Shown in pieces: positions 38,301-53,300 of a stretch of DNA of 64,000 bases. The first letter of the stretch is position 1; each line of letters begins with the position of its first letter. The translations under genes and the position numbers were made by a program. Source of the DNA: Amoebophrya sp. A120 (taxonomy: Eukaryota; Protista; Dinoflagellata); the NCBI GenBank assembly GCA_905178155.1, contig CAJINV010000002.1, positions 4,543,694-4,607,693 on the forward strand, in the 5' to 3' direction. The notes under the pieces are model-generated. The model made no database searches and was not told the DNA's origin. It worked only from the letters and a program-made list of their open reading frames with translations.

Positions 38301-41300
38301 TTGTCTCACATAACTCTTGAACCTGTAATGCGTGAGCAGGAAAAGAACCTTTTGCCTGTCATGCAAAAACGTAGTTTGTCATGCGGAAAGCGAATCACAA
38401 AGAAGGAGCCCAGAAACTTGTCATGCGTGGCTGGCTATTGCAGTGTCAGTCCCCACTACAATTCATAAATTAGCATCACAAAAAATTTCCAGATCCAGAC
38501 GTATTTGCAATGCATACAATGTCGGCGCGGGCGGAGAGCTGCTGCGGGGCGCCGCGCACAGCCACCTATGAGTTGCAAAAGCATCGTATCGTATGAATGC
38601 AATACAAATTTCATCTTCAGCATGATAAATGAAATTTGTAATGCGGGTTTACCTTGAGAAAAAGATTTGTAGTTGCAAGACTTGCATTTATACGAGTACG
38701 ATACTTTTGCACAGGATACCACCTGCCATCCACCTACACCAACGGGGCTGCCGGCGCGACGGGGGGTGGTGCATCTTCACAGGCGGCCGCCATCCCGGGG
38801 ATAGACCATCAAAACGCCCACGACTTATACAGTGGGGCCTCCGCGGTCCCCCTATGAATTGCAAAAGTATCGTAGTACTCGTATAAATGCATTACAAATT
38901 TCCTCAGCATGAGAAATAAAATTTGTAATGCGGATTTACTTTATAGAAAAAGATTTGTAATGCATGACTGCGCATACGAGTGCGATACTTTTGCACAGGA
39001 TACCCCCACCCCCACCACGATTACGGTATGATGGCGCTGCACGGGGTATCCTAAGTAAAAACGTACCCACCTCAGAGTTGTCATGCAAATGCGCAATGAC
39101 AGGAACATTTGTAATGCGCATCTCCGTGAGAGTCATTTCCAATTGTGTTTTGGCATTTGTCATGCTGTAAACAGCATGAGAAGGTGGGTTTGTCATGCGG
39201 CATCCCTTGCCAACCACCACTACGCTGCAGATGGAAACTTGTCACGCACCGCTCCCAAGAAAACTTCGGGGATTTGTGTTGCAGATTTACCAACTTGACG
39301 ATGGGGCGAGGACATTTTTGCTCAGGATACGGGGCCCACGCGCCCACCGCTCACGGGTTCGCCAGTGGCCACGCCACTGCGGCCCTGGGTGCCGCTCATC
39401 ATGGTGGCGCTGCAACATTGGCACAGGGCGGCGCCGGGCTGAAGGTATCCACCGTAAATTTCCAGTACACGTACAGATGCAGTCCCTCCATGACAAAACT
39501 TGGCTTCGGTCCTAGGTTAGCATGACAAGTTTTACACGTACAAATTGGTGAAATTTGTGATGCATCTTGTACATGTACGGGAAATTTGTATTGCATAGAA
39601 GGTTGCAGCTTTGCACAAGGGAGCGGCGTCGTCGTTGGCGGGTCACAGCGGCCTGTACCACGGGAATTTTCTGTATAATCTGATTCAGCACAGCTTTCAA
39701 ACTTCGGGGGTGATGATGTCGATCGGGCTACCGGTCCCCATCCTGACCGGGATCACCTGGGTCTCGGTGTTGATCGCCGTGTCTGTGGTCCAGAACCTGC
39801 TGATGCGGCTGAAAATGTCGATTCTGGAGCTATCGATGGGGCGGGACGACTTTCACTTAACTTTGAAACGGTCCGGGTTTCGCTCCATCAGAAAGCGCGT
39901 GCACCTCCTATGCATTGCAAATATGCCTGGGTCAGGAAGATTGCGAGATTTCTCATGCTAGTTTGGCATGACTCTGAACTCTGTATTGCGTGGCCACGAA
40001 GACCTCCTCTTCTCTGTCATGCAAAAACGATGTTTCTCATGCGGAATACGCAACACAGAGCCACAAGAAAATCTGTCATGCTTGGCGGTGCATTACAGTG
40101 CGCTTTCTGGTGTTCACTGACATGCATCACAAGTAGTTTCCAGACCCAGACATATTTGCGCTTGATACCTCCGCACGCGGCACCACGAATACGACAGGGA
40201 GGGGAACTATGAGAGTGCACAACCCCCCTTCCCCCTCATTTGAATTTGTACGGCCTGGCCAGCAATACAAGCGCCAGCAAGAATGCAGGTTTTGCATGAC
40301 AAAAAATTTGCTCAGGAGTGTAGTGCTATTTGGGCTTCCACCAGAATTTGTCATGCATAGTAGTGACACGAGGGAAACAAGCGTGGAGTTGGTATTTTGC
40401 ATGAGAAATGAGAACGAGGGGGTGGAGTAGTTGTAGTGCACTCTCATAGGAACTTGCTGGATGCCAATGGGAGACCGGTCCCACATATCAACTGCAAAAA
40501 TGTCTGGGTCTGGAAGATTAGAACTTCCCTTGCTAAATCTAAATGATGCAAAAATCTGTATTGCGTGAGTGGCAAAAGCTGTGCCCTTTTGACCAAGTTG
40601 AGCGGTAGTTTCTCATGCAGGAGAGGCATGATAGAGACCTCAGAGAATCTGTCATGCTGTTTCTCGCATTCCAGACCTCATTGGTCATGGAAAACCTGCA
40701 TCACAAATCTTGCATTCTTCCAGATCCAGACCCAGACACGTTTACACTTGATACCACACCACGAGGCCGAGGCGCACCGTCGAACTGTATCAAATGCAAA
40801 TATTTCTGGCTCCGGAAGAGGAGAAGTTTGTCATGCACATTTTCCATGATTCGTGATGTCTGTGATGTATGCCTTAGCGTCACAGATTTTTTGAGCGCTT
40901 CTCGATGCGCATCCCGCATGACAAATTATGCCCTCCCCGCGTGGCCAAATTTGACGCCCCTTGCTGCTCATGCAATACAGATTTTTTTTAACATCCAAAT
41001 GCAGCATCACAAGTTGCACTCTTCCAGACCCAGATCGATATTTGCAATGCATCAACTGCGGAAGCACACAACTTCGGCTTCCACCACGAGGCCAAGCACT
41101 TCATATGACAGCGCACAACTCTCCCTCATTTGTCATGCAAAATACCTAATTCACGTCTTGTCTTTATTTAAGCACTCTACGCATCCGCATGACCAGTTCA
41201 AGTTTTGGACGCCCAAACAGGACTACAATCCATTTACAACGGATTTGTCATGCAAAAGCTGCACTTGTGGCATTGCTTCTGTTGCTGCTCATGCTATGCA

Positions 41301-44300
41301 AACGAGGGGGAGGGGTAGTTGTGCACTCTCATACTTCAAGCACCACAAGCACAAGAAGTATCACAAGCACCTGAGTAGGAAGAAACAGCAAGCGATGGAT
41401 GACAAACAGGAGCACAATTACGATTACATCCACGACAGCGAGGAAGATTTCGATGGTATCCGGTGTAAAAATAACGTCCCCACGACCCTGTAGTTGTCAT
41501 GCAAATCTGCATACGCAAAATGTTTCTCATCATGCGGAGCCCCATGAGAAGCATTTTCTAGTCGTGTTTTGGATTTTGTGATTCTCGAAGCAGCATGATG
41601 TGCTAGATTTGTGATGCTGCAGCACTAGCTAAACGCGATTAATACATTGCGAGCCCAAACTTGTCATGCGAAACAGCCAAAGCTTGTTGATTTGTCTTGC
41701 AGATTTCATCCCAACTTAGCTATGGGGTGAGGACGTTTTTCTGGAAGATAGGTGCCGGACCAGTGAGAGGGTTTCAGCTGGACCGGTTGTTTTCGCCCGC
41801 CACGCGCGCGTGGCGAAAAACGATGGAGTTCAAGGACTACCTATCAGCTGAAAAAATGTCTGGGTCTGGAAGAGTCGGGGCTTGTTGTCATGCACATTTT
41901 GCATGACCCGGGAGGTCTGTGATGCTGGTGCTAGCATCACATATTTTTTGAGAGCTTCTCTTCTGGATGCTACTTACGCATGAGAAATGCCCTTTCCGCG
42001 TGCCAAGAACTGACTCCTCTTGCTGCTCATGCAACACAGATATTTTTACAATCGTCCGCAGAGAGCATTACAAGTTCCACTCTTCCAGACCCAGACATAT
42101 TTGCAACCCATACTACCTCCTCGGCAACAATGTCACAAGACACGGCGACCACGAGAATACCCAGGATGAGCGTATAACCCGCTCAGATGTTACAATCTCA
42201 AACGTTACAATAGAGCCTGGAATTTGTCTTGCATGATGAGCATGACGGAATCGCAGAGCATTCCACTTTCTGCAGTACAAATTTCGCCAGGTTCTAGTGC
42301 GGTTTGGGGCTCCGAAACTTGTCATGCGCAATCCTGTGAGAGTAGGTTAGCTCCTGCACTTCTTGCATCACAGCTTTCCATATTCTATTGCAACGCTGGA
42401 GATTGTAACGTTTGAGCAAGTTATAGAACGGGGCCACCAAAACCCCTACGGTTTGGAGGAGACCCACGCCCTGAAAGAACTGGAAACAAACGAGGAGCTC
42501 CGCGATATCCTGAGCAAAAACTACGTCCCCAGCCAAGAGTTGTCATGCAGATTTTTCATTGCAGAAGCATTTGCAATGCGCATCCTCACAAGAGGCATAA
42601 TTTTCAGTCGTGCTTTGGAACTTGTAATACTGTAAACAGGATAAGGAGATGGATTTGCTATGCGGTTCGCCTTGCTAAACCGCACGGCCCTGCAGCCTAC
42701 AACTTGTCATGCGTCACTCTCAAAACTTCCAGTTTTGTGTTGCAAAATCTCCATCTTGACTCTCGTGTGGGGGCGTTTGTATTCAGGATACGCGACCACC
42801 GGTATTTCCGCCAGCCCAGTGCCTTCCAGCGGCATTTCGTCAAGGAGAATTCGATGCTGAGCCGGTATCAAAAGGAAAAATCCCCCCTCCCCATATCAAA
42901 ACGAAATTTCTGATGCTGGATTTGGATACACAAAACACATTTGTCGCGCAGCAGAGAACTGCAGGCATATGCCCAGCCTGAGGCGAGAGGTTTTGACGTA
43001 CGTTCCTAGCATGACAAATGTCTATGCTGTAGGCCAAACAGCATCACAAACCGCCTACATAGTTCGGCGGACTCTCTAGAGTTGCCTTCTCGCAAGACAA
43101 ACAGGATTTGCGGTCACAAATCTGCATCACAAATTTTCAGGCGCGTTCGTTTTCAATATGGGTAGCCGGGATTTTTCCTTACGATAGCCGGCTTACCGTG
43201 CCCTGGTGGGTGAGCGGCACTACCACACTGGAAGAGCTGCGGCGGAGCTATCACAAGGCGGCGCCGGTCACCCTGAAACTGGCGGAACAATACCTGGCCT
43301 GGCGTCTGCCGCTTTCCATTCGCGAATTCGGCACAGAGGATTATGTCTTGCACCAGATTCGCATACCGCAGCAAGATGTGTGGACCAAGCTCTGCCCCGT
43401 CCGTCAACACTTCATGGACAAACTGTGGGAGCGCAACTATCGTAAGAAAACCTTCCCCCTCCCCGTATCGAAAAGCAAGCCACAGAAAATTTGCAATGCT
43501 GCTTTGTGACCGCAGGTCGTCTCTGTAGTCTTGCAAGGAGGCAACTCCATAGGCCCCGCCACATTATGCAGGTGGTTCGTGATGCTGTTGGGCCTACAGT
43601 GTGGACATTTGTAATGCCGGGGCCTATGTCAAAACATCGCCGCCCGGGGTTGGCATATGCCTGCAGTCCTCTACTGCAAGACAGCTCTGATCTGTATGCG
43701 CAAATCCAGCATCACAAGCGTCCTTCTCGATATGGGGAGGCGGGATTTTTCCTGTTGATGGCAACGCGGTGTCCGCCAAGTTTTACGTCCGGAAAACGCG
43801 GAACGCCTTCCAATCTGAGCAGGCGAAGGCGAGGGCAGAGGCCGCGAGAGAACAAGAGGAAGCTTTTGCTTACGTGGTTTCGCAGACCATGTTTGGCAAT
43901 TTGGTGACGCGGGGAAGCATCCTCGTGGGCGTGTTCACGGCACCCGCCTTGAAAAAACTACATCTCGAGTACTACCAGGCACATATCAACCGCAAATACG
44001 TCTCAGTCTGGAAGAATGCAAGGTTTGTCATGCATGTTTTGCATGACCCACGATGCCTGTAATGCATGACCTAGCATCGCAGATTTGTAGAAGGCTTCCT
44101 GATGCCTATTGCGCATGACAACTGCTCTCCCCGCGTAGCACAAAGTGGGCTCCTCTTGCTGGTCATGCAATAAAAATCTTTTTAGAATCCACACACAGCA
44201 TCACAAGTTGCAACCTTCCAGACATCCAGGGACATTTGCCATGCATAGCACACCTGCTGTCCCAGATTCGCAGCAACACCGCTTTCTATCCTGAGTAGAA

Positions 44301-47300
44301 ACGTCCCCACCCAGAGTTGTCATGCGAGTGTGCAATGACAGAAACATTTGTAATCCGCAGTTCCATGAGAGGCATTTCCAATCGTGTTCTGGAATTTGTA
44401 ATGCTGTAAACAGGATGAGAAAATGGCTTTTTCATGCAGCTTCCCTTGCCAACCAGCACTACACTGCAGAGGGAAACTTGTCATGCACAGTTCCCAAAAC
44501 TTGCAGATTTGTGATGCTAGAACCCCAACTTGACTATGGGGTGGGGGCGTTTTTGCTTAGGATACTTTCTGGGGCTACCTCAGCACTCTCAAACCGGCCG
44601 GCCACCAGCTGTGGGAGGACTTGGTCCAGCACCAACGGGAAAAATATCCAAGAAAAAAACTTTGTTAGTGTAAATTTGTGATGCGCAACATGCAAATTGA
44701 TTGCGCCTGTCATGCTATGCCTGCATTGTAGGGTCCATACAAGGGCGTTTTCACGTACTATCTGCGCATGAAGACAGGTTTTTGCTGTCATGCATGAGAA
44801 GATAACTGTCATGCTAATCCTCCAAGAATAAAGTTACACCTGCAAAGATATTTTTCCTTGGATAGAAAAGGCAGCGCGTTTGTTAAAGACCCTGCACAGG
44901 AGAAGCAGGCCGAGACGCGGCGGAAAAACCGAAAGCTGCGGAAGAAGAGGGGCTACCTCCTGGTCCCCCACATGTACCCGCGGCGGCTCCAACCCTCGAA
45001 GAACAAGAAAAAGGCGGGTGGTCACCATAGCGCCGCCCAGCTATCGGCATTCCTGGAGAAGCCCACCGTGCCCCGGCGCCGCTTTGAGAAGCCGCATCCG
45101 CTGTTCGAAAAACCAATGCCGATCAGGAGCCTGATGAGGGGCGGGTTCCTGGAGGTGAAGGAAGCGCGAAGACTACAGAGGGAGCGCCAGAAGAAAGAAC
45201 GGCGCGGCGAGCCGGGATCGTCGTCACGAGAGGAGGACGCAGCTGGAGCAAAAGCTGCTGGAGGGGACTTGGTGGAGGACCGCCAGCAGCAGGATATTAA
45301 GACTCACCCTTCGAACCCGAAAGTAGAAGGGTCCTCCTCCTCGTCTCATAACTCTATCATCGAGCAGATTTTGAGTTATGATGAAATGGAGCGAGAAATC
45401 AGGGTGGTGGTGAACCGCGAGCACTTGCTGTGGGTGCAGCGCTATGAACTGCAAAAGTATCGCACTTGCGTAAATGCATTACAAATTTTCTCGGCGTGAG
45501 AAATAGAATTTGTAATGCGGATTTACGCTAAGAAAACAAATTTGTAATGCATGACTGCAGCAATGCGAGTAGGATACTTTTGCAATGCACAAGCGCGGAA
45601 CGTCGGCCCCCGCCTTCGATTTTTTGAACAGGCCGCTCGGGAGCTTGCACAACGAATTTTTTGGACATATGGGATTCTCAAATGTTACACTCTCAACTGT
45701 TGTAACATGGATTTGTCATGCAAAAACGCTACTGCAACTGGTCTTCTTTCACCCGATCAAGCCTTCTCTGCATGACAACTTCTCGACGTGCTAAATAGCA
45801 CTTCTAAAATCCGTTCCAAATCTGTAATGCAAAAGGCGCAATCCTCCTCCTTTAACTTTTGCCATTCGTGCATTACAAATCCATGCAACAGCTGAGAACC
45901 TAACAGCTGAGAATCCCATAGGACACCGAGGTGTCGAGGCCAAGGACAAACTGGTGATGCTGGACCCCTCCGTATCGCAAGAAGAAACTGTTATCACTGT
46001 GAACTTGTGATGCAGAAAATGGAACGCAGAACTATTTGTCTTGCCACAACACCTGCATAGAGCATTGGAGTTTCAACCGTGTTTATTTCTCCTATGCCAT
46101 AGGAGAAATAAACACGTATGGGATGAAATGCGCGCATGACAAATTTTCAGTGTCATGTGTAAGAAACATGTGATGCAGATCTTGCAAAATCATCACAGTG
46201 ATGGAACAGGTTTTTCGTGGGATGCTCCACATTTTATCGAGATTACGACGCAGCCCCACGGAAGGCGGGCGGCCACGAGAGTGCAGCCATCAATCTGATC
46301 GGTCGCGTCGGTCGCGTGATTCTATGACAGTGCACAACCCCCCCTCCCCCTCATTGATTTGTATTGCATGAACAGCAATACAAGCGTCAGCAAGAATACT
46401 GGTTTTGCATGACAAATTTGGACAGGAGTGTGGTGCTATTTGGGCTGCCAGAGCTTGTCATGCAAACAGTGCCAAGAGCCGAGGCGTAAATTAGGCACTT
46501 TGCATGACAAATGAGGGGGAGGGGGAGTTGTGCACTTTCATAGATTCGCGACGGGAGCTACACCAACAGGCGGATGTTTGAGCACCAAGCGGTGTCCACT
46601 ATGGGGTTCTCAAATGTTACATTCTCAACTGTTACATAAATTTGTGATGCAAGAATGGGAAAAGTGAAAGGGAGAAGCTTGTACCTGTAGCATTACAAAT
46701 TACGAACAGATTTAGGCGCTGTTTAGCCCTTCGCAAATTTGTCATGCCAAGCAGCTTGATCGTGTAGATGATGATGGTGCTTTTGCATGACAAATCCATG
46801 TAACAGCTGAGAGCGTAACGCTTGAGAACCTCATATCCACCTTTTTGGACTTGCAGCCCATCGAGTTTTGCGTGGTGGCCTTTCCCACGGGGATCAAATT
46901 TTCCAAATTGCTCGACAGGAGCAGTAGTCCTGCGCATCTTCCCCCTGGTGTTCCCGGCAATCAGCAGCAGGGCACTAGTACTAGCAAAGTGAGCGGCACA
47001 ACCGCACGAGAAGGCACTCGTGATAAAAATTCCGCCAATAGCAAACAGGAACAGTCGGAGAGCATCAAAAAGTCCCCCGCCCACGCCGATCTTTTGCGTT
47101 TTCAAGTGGAATCCAAGTCGATCTTCAGCTTGTCCCGCTATGAGGCCAGCATTTTGCTGAATCAAGCAGTGGCCAAAACGAAGCGAAAACTGGACCTGGA
47201 ACCGGCACAACTGCTCGACCAAATCTGTGAAAATAGCCCCGACCTTGTTCCGCCGCCCGCATCATCTTCAAAAAGGGCCACGTCATCATCCTCAGGAAGA

Positions 47301-50300
47301 AACAAAAAGCGCGGAAACAAGAAAGGAGGGGCCGCGACGGCGGGCGACGCGGCGGCCCAAGGGGGCAACGCGGCGGCCCAAGAACAGGCCAGGCGGGTGG
47401 ATATGCATTGCAAATATGTCTGGGTCCGGAAGGATGCAAGTTTGTCATGCTTGTCTGGGATGACTCTTAAATCTGTGACGCATGAGCAGGAAAAGGGCCT
47501 CTTGCCTGTCATGCAAAAACGCAACTTGTCATGCGATAATCGAAATACACGTCAGCGCAAAAACAAACTTGTGAAGATGCTTGGCTGCATACTGCAGTGT
47601 GCCCACAATTCGTAGATTTGCATCACAAGTTCCCAGACCCAGACTACATATTTGCATTTGATAGTGGACAAGAAGATACCAAAGCCGGAATTGCGGGCCA
47701 ACGACGACCTGGTGCTGACCTTATGAAAGCCTCAGGTTGGGAATCCTCAGACTGAGAGTAGTTTGCAATGCAGAAAACCACTCCAGTTTAGGCCCCACTT
47801 CTAGGGAGCGCATGACAAATTTCCCGGGCGCTCAAAGCATGTCTGTCATGCTGGTTAACGCAAAGAGGTGCGGTGCCCTTCTCTCGTGCTAATCAGCACT
47901 CCAATTCTTAACCCGTAGAAGCGAAAGCCACTAGTCGCCCTCCATTGCGTCCTCTGCAATGCAGTCTTTTTTCCGTCGCATTTCATGCATCACAAATTGT
48001 TTTCACTTTAAGGATTTTCATTCTGAGGCTTTCATAGACCTTCCTGGTGAATGGCGAGCGCCCCTTGCCCCACCACGCGTGGCTGAAGAACGTGTATGAA
48101 ACGAAACGGTACGAAGCCTCGCAGACGGGGTTCGGGAATTCGGGCTTTATGCGGGTTTTGAAAATGAAGGGCCGTGTGTCGTTCTGCCCGATATGCAATG
48201 TAAATTTCCTGTACATGATGTACAAAATGCACGACAAATTTCGCTACCTTGCAGAGTCCAACTTGTCATGCTGGACTAGGATTGAAGGCAAGTTTTGTCA
48301 TGCAGAGACTGCATTTGTACGTGTACGGGAAATTTACTGGGGATACCCGAATCCGCAACTCACTTCCGTCGTGCCCTACCGGAGGAGAAAGCACCACAGT
48401 ACGGAAATTCTAGCTCGAAAAGGTATCAAAGTCAAAAAACAAGCCCCCGCCTCATATTCAAAAGACAATTTGTGTGGCTGGGTTTGTGTACACAAATGAA
48501 CATTGTATTGCAGCAAGAGCTTGTCGGCATATTCTAAGCCCATTTGGGTACGCATCCGGCTAGCAGTTGAGCATGAGAAACAAGTCTGACATAGGCGAAA
48601 ACGCATGACAGACTCGCTGCACAATGCACCACATGAATGCCGTTTGCCTTGTACGGCGCACGACAAAGCTGATTTGTGGTCACAAATCAGCATCACAAAT
48701 TTTCTTTTCGATATGAGAAGGGGGGGTTTGGGTTTTTCCTTACGATAAAAGAGCGCAACACTCCTATGGGAACCACGACAGTAGCGGCGACCGGCGAAAG
48801 TAAGCAGGACGGCGGAGTGGGAGAGAATCTTATGGGTATCACCGATGTATTATGCATTGCAAAAGTATCGCACTCGTATAAATGCATTACAAATCTTCTC
48901 AGCATGAGAAAGAAAATTCGTAATGCGGATTGACCTTAAGAAAAGGATTTGTAATGCATGACTGCAATACGAGTGCGATAGTACTTTTGCACAGGATATG
49001 TGTTGAAAGCGGAGGAGATGGACTATCCTGTGCAAAAGTATCGTACTCGTATAAATGCTCATGCAAGTCTTGCATTACAAACCTTGTTCTCAAGGGAGAT
49101 TAGCATTACAAATTTTATTTCTCATGCTGAGGAAATTTGTAATGCATTTATACGAGTACGATACTTTTGCAGTGCATATGGACGACAGGGACGCAATGCT
49201 CGTCTTATCTGAAGCAAAAATCCCTGGATGTCTGGAAGAATGCACGTTTGTCATGCTTATCTGGCATGACTCTTAAATCTGTCATGCGCGTTACCCAAGA
49301 GCTCCATTTTCCTGTGATGCAGAAACGCAGTTTGTATATGCAGAATAGGCAAAACACCTAGAACAGCTCAGAAACTTGTCATGCTGCGCCAGCACTTGTA
49401 ATGCCTCATCATGAGACGCCGCTGAGCATCACAAGTTTCCAGACCCCGACACTTTTGCACTTGATACGTGTGCAGCTCCAACAATTGCACAGATGCCGAC
49501 ATTATCAAATGTAAAAATGTCTGGGTCTGGAAGAATGCAACTTGTAATGCTGTTAGCGGATTCTAAAAATATCTATGTTGCATGAGCAGCAAGAGGAGTC
49601 AGTTCTTGGCACGCGGAGAGTGCATTTCTCATGCGTAATTAGCATCAAGAAGCTCTCAAAAAATCTGTGATGCTAGCACCAGCATCACAGACCTCACGGG
49701 TCATGCAAAATGTGCATGACAAGTCCCGACTCTTCCAGACCCAGACATTTTTGCATTTGATAGACATCAAAAATGCGACCGGCAACTCGTCAGTGTGGAC
49801 GAAATACTTCACGCTTAAAAACTTCACTCATTAAAAAAAAATTTTTTTTTGGTGTTTTTTTGGATCTCTGAAAGCAAAGCAGCTGCTTCGAGGAGGTGAA
49901 TCGTTTGTCAGCCACGCCTAAGCTCCAACCCAAAAGGCCTCGAAAAAGGAGTCACTTTCGGGCCACCAAAAAGGGCCAGCTTTGAGAGGTGAATCAAATG
50001 ACAATCCCACCTATGTTCTTCCCAGAAATGCCTCAAAGCCATAGCACTTTTCGCAAAAGCATCGCTTTGATGCACCATTTCGACGATTTTCAAAAGTGCT
50101 CACTTTTGAGAGCTCGCGCCGCTTCTACGGTGGCCAAAAACGGCGAAAATGAATCAAATGTCCCCGGAGCCAGTTTTTGGATTTTTGCGAATTCTTCGGC
50201 CGGTGCTACGCTCAAAAAAATGATGTTTGATTCATTTTACTTCCAAGTCGTCGACTTTTTCACTTTTTCGCTCACAAAAGTTGGCTTTTTGCTTTCATCT

Positions 50301-53300
50301 TACTCAACTGAAGACTCTGTGGAACTTTCGCTCTCAGAATTATATGTCGTGGCGTCTTCACTAGTCAAAAGCCAATCGCTGCCACCCAAAGCAAGGCCCA
50401 GTCGTCCTTCCACTGATCCAGAAGGTGCAGGCGCCGCAATCGCCGCCGTCGGCACGTAGCTGCCGATGCTGTAAGCAACAGCATCAAACCTCACTAAAAA
50501 AATTTTTTTTTTAGCAAGTGAAGTTTTTAAAAGTGAAGCGTTTAGCCGTGTGATAGGCAACTCGTCAGTGTGGACGAAATACTTCGAGGACAATCTCTTC
50601 TCGTCCAATTGGAACTTAAACCCATTTCGGTGGAAATGGGGCGGGTCAACAGCAACTACTAGTACAACGAGTAAAATAAACGAAACCGGCGATGCCGTGG
50701 AGAAGGAAAAGAAAGAGCAGGAACAGGCAACGGTATTGGATGAGCCCCGGGCTGAGGATGCACTCGAAAAGTTAGTGGACAACGCGCTCGAGCCGCCGAG
50801 TATGGAAGCGTCGGGATTAATATCGGCAATGTTGAAATAAAAAGTAATTCCTCATGCATAAATTGCAAGGCATGCAGTTGATGGTTCCTCTCTTGCAGGG
50901 ATGGCAAGTGAGGCCGACTGTCAGCCTGTAGCTCGGGGTCTGCGATAGAGCTGCTAAAGCAGCATGACAAGAGACGCCTTCGTTCCCTAAACAGCATGAC
51001 AAACGGGATTCAGATGGTGCCAAAATTTGTCATGTCCCGCTTCAAAATTGGGCTTCCAATTGGTATCGATTTTATGCATCGCAAATTTTCAACTTTGTCG
51101 ATTTCGATCCTTACGCCCCCATACTGAGCGCGGCCTTTTTACCGGGCGTAAACCGGGACGAGGAGAAGCTGCTGTATTACAGTGAAACATGCCCCCACCC
51201 ACAAAGGTGCAAAATTTTGTGATGCAAGGTTTCCAAATGAAAACTTTTTGTTGCGCATGAAAGGAGTATGAATCTTTCTGATGCAGATTCTTGGCGTGTA
51301 TCGCATCGCTTGCATGACAGGCGCCGCTCTTGCTGGGGTCTTTTGCAATAAAAATTTTTCCTCTTCACGATAGGAACTCTGTGATGCTGATAGATGCAGG
51401 AGGGCGAGTGTTTCATTTGGAAAGGTTTGCAATACAAATCAATGCTCCCAAGTTCGGGGGTGGGGGCATTTTTCATTGCAATATGCTGGAAACCGAGTGC
51501 TACGTGCGGACCTGGAACGAAGCAGTAGACTACGTGTACAATGTCCGCGAGGAAGTGGGAATGGCGGATGAGCTCCTATGCATTGCAAAAGTATAACGTG
51601 CTAGTCGTAATTGCAATACAAATTACCTCAGCATGACAAGTGGAATTTCTCATGCTGTTTTACCTTGGGATGGAGATTTGTAATGCACCATAACTGCGAT
51701 GATTACTACGAGTACGTCGATACTTTTGCGGTTGATAGCTCCACACCCTGAATAACTGCATGAAGACGTGGGGCCTGAAGCCCCAGGTGTCTACGCACGA
51801 ACACGAACAGGCCTTGCGCCACTTTCTCCCGGGGGTAGCCGAAGACACAAGGCAGTTGCGCATCCTACTCCACCTTATCCACAGAAAATTTCCCATACGC
51901 GCACAATCAAATTCAAATGCGGCCTCTGCATGACAAACCTTGGCTTCGATCCTAGTTTAGCATGACAAGTGATGTTACACTCCGAATTGACGAGATTTGT
52001 GATGCATTTTGTCCATGTAGTTGTACGGGAAACAAATTTGTATTGCATACCCCTAGAGGACATCGTAGAAGATGCGTCAGGAACCTCCCCGTGGTGCGTG
52101 GCCAAAAAAATGAGGGACGATATCGCTCGCCGCATGAAAGGAGGAAGTGCTTCTTCTAATATGGGCGAACAACAAGAAACAGCACGCGAGAGCACAACAT
52201 CAGGCGGCGCAGCGCCGCAGGAGGGCGGTTTAGATGCTGAACAGGCAGAAGAAGCAGCTGCTCGTATCAAAATGGAAAATCCCCCCTTCCCAACCCCAAA
52301 TCAAAATGGAAATGAATCTGTGATGCGGGATTTGTGTACACACATGAAATTTGTGCTGCAGTACAGCACTGCACGCAGATCGCAGGCCTAAGTGGGGACG
52401 TTTTTTTGTAGGCGCCTAGCATAGCAGACGCCTGCACTGTTGGCCGCCTTACAGCATTACAAGTCGCCTGAGTACTTATTTACGTGGCGGACAGCCTGAG
52501 TGCGCCTGCTTGCAAGACAGACAGGATTTGTGGTAGCAAATCTGCATCACAAATTTGCAATATGGGGACGAGGGGGGATTCTTCCTTGCAATAGCTCGCA
52601 GAGAGCACGAAGACCACGTGCGTGCAACCCACGACGCACGGTATCGGGCTATCCTGTGCAAAAGTATCGTACTCGTATAGTATTGCAATCATGCATTACA
52701 AATTTTTTTCTCTAGGTAAATCCGCATTACAAATTTTATTTCTCATGCTGAGGGAATTTGTAATGCATTTATACGAGTGCGATACTTTTGCAGTTCATAC
52801 GGGCTGCGTGGGAACAAAAAATGAGTGCTGGTGGTACTCGCGGAGGCCAAGGTGGAGGTGTGGCGCAGCCGGAAGGAGATCCACTGCACCAGCGCGGAGG
52901 AGGTCGTGGTACTCCTACTCCGCGGGAGCAGACGACGCGGAATCTTCACCATGACCAAGGAGCGACGTCGAATCAGCATGGTAAAAATTCGCCGTCCTGT
53001 GTGGATTCCCAGTTGCGAAGGGCTTTTCTGATTGACAAAATCGTACATGTTCTGGAGAAAGTGGTCGATGCGGATTTGGTCTACGACTTAGAGTATCCAA
53101 CGCAAATATCGATCTGGGTCTGGAAGAGTGCAAGTTTGTCATGCTTGTGGTCTCACATGACTCTTGAACCTGGATTGCGTGAGCAGGAAATAAAAAGCCC
53201 CTTGCTTGTCATGCAAAAATGTAGCTCGTCATGCGGAAAACGAAACACTGAGGAGCCCAGAAACTTGTCATGTGTGGCTGTCTATTTTTGCAGTGCCCCC

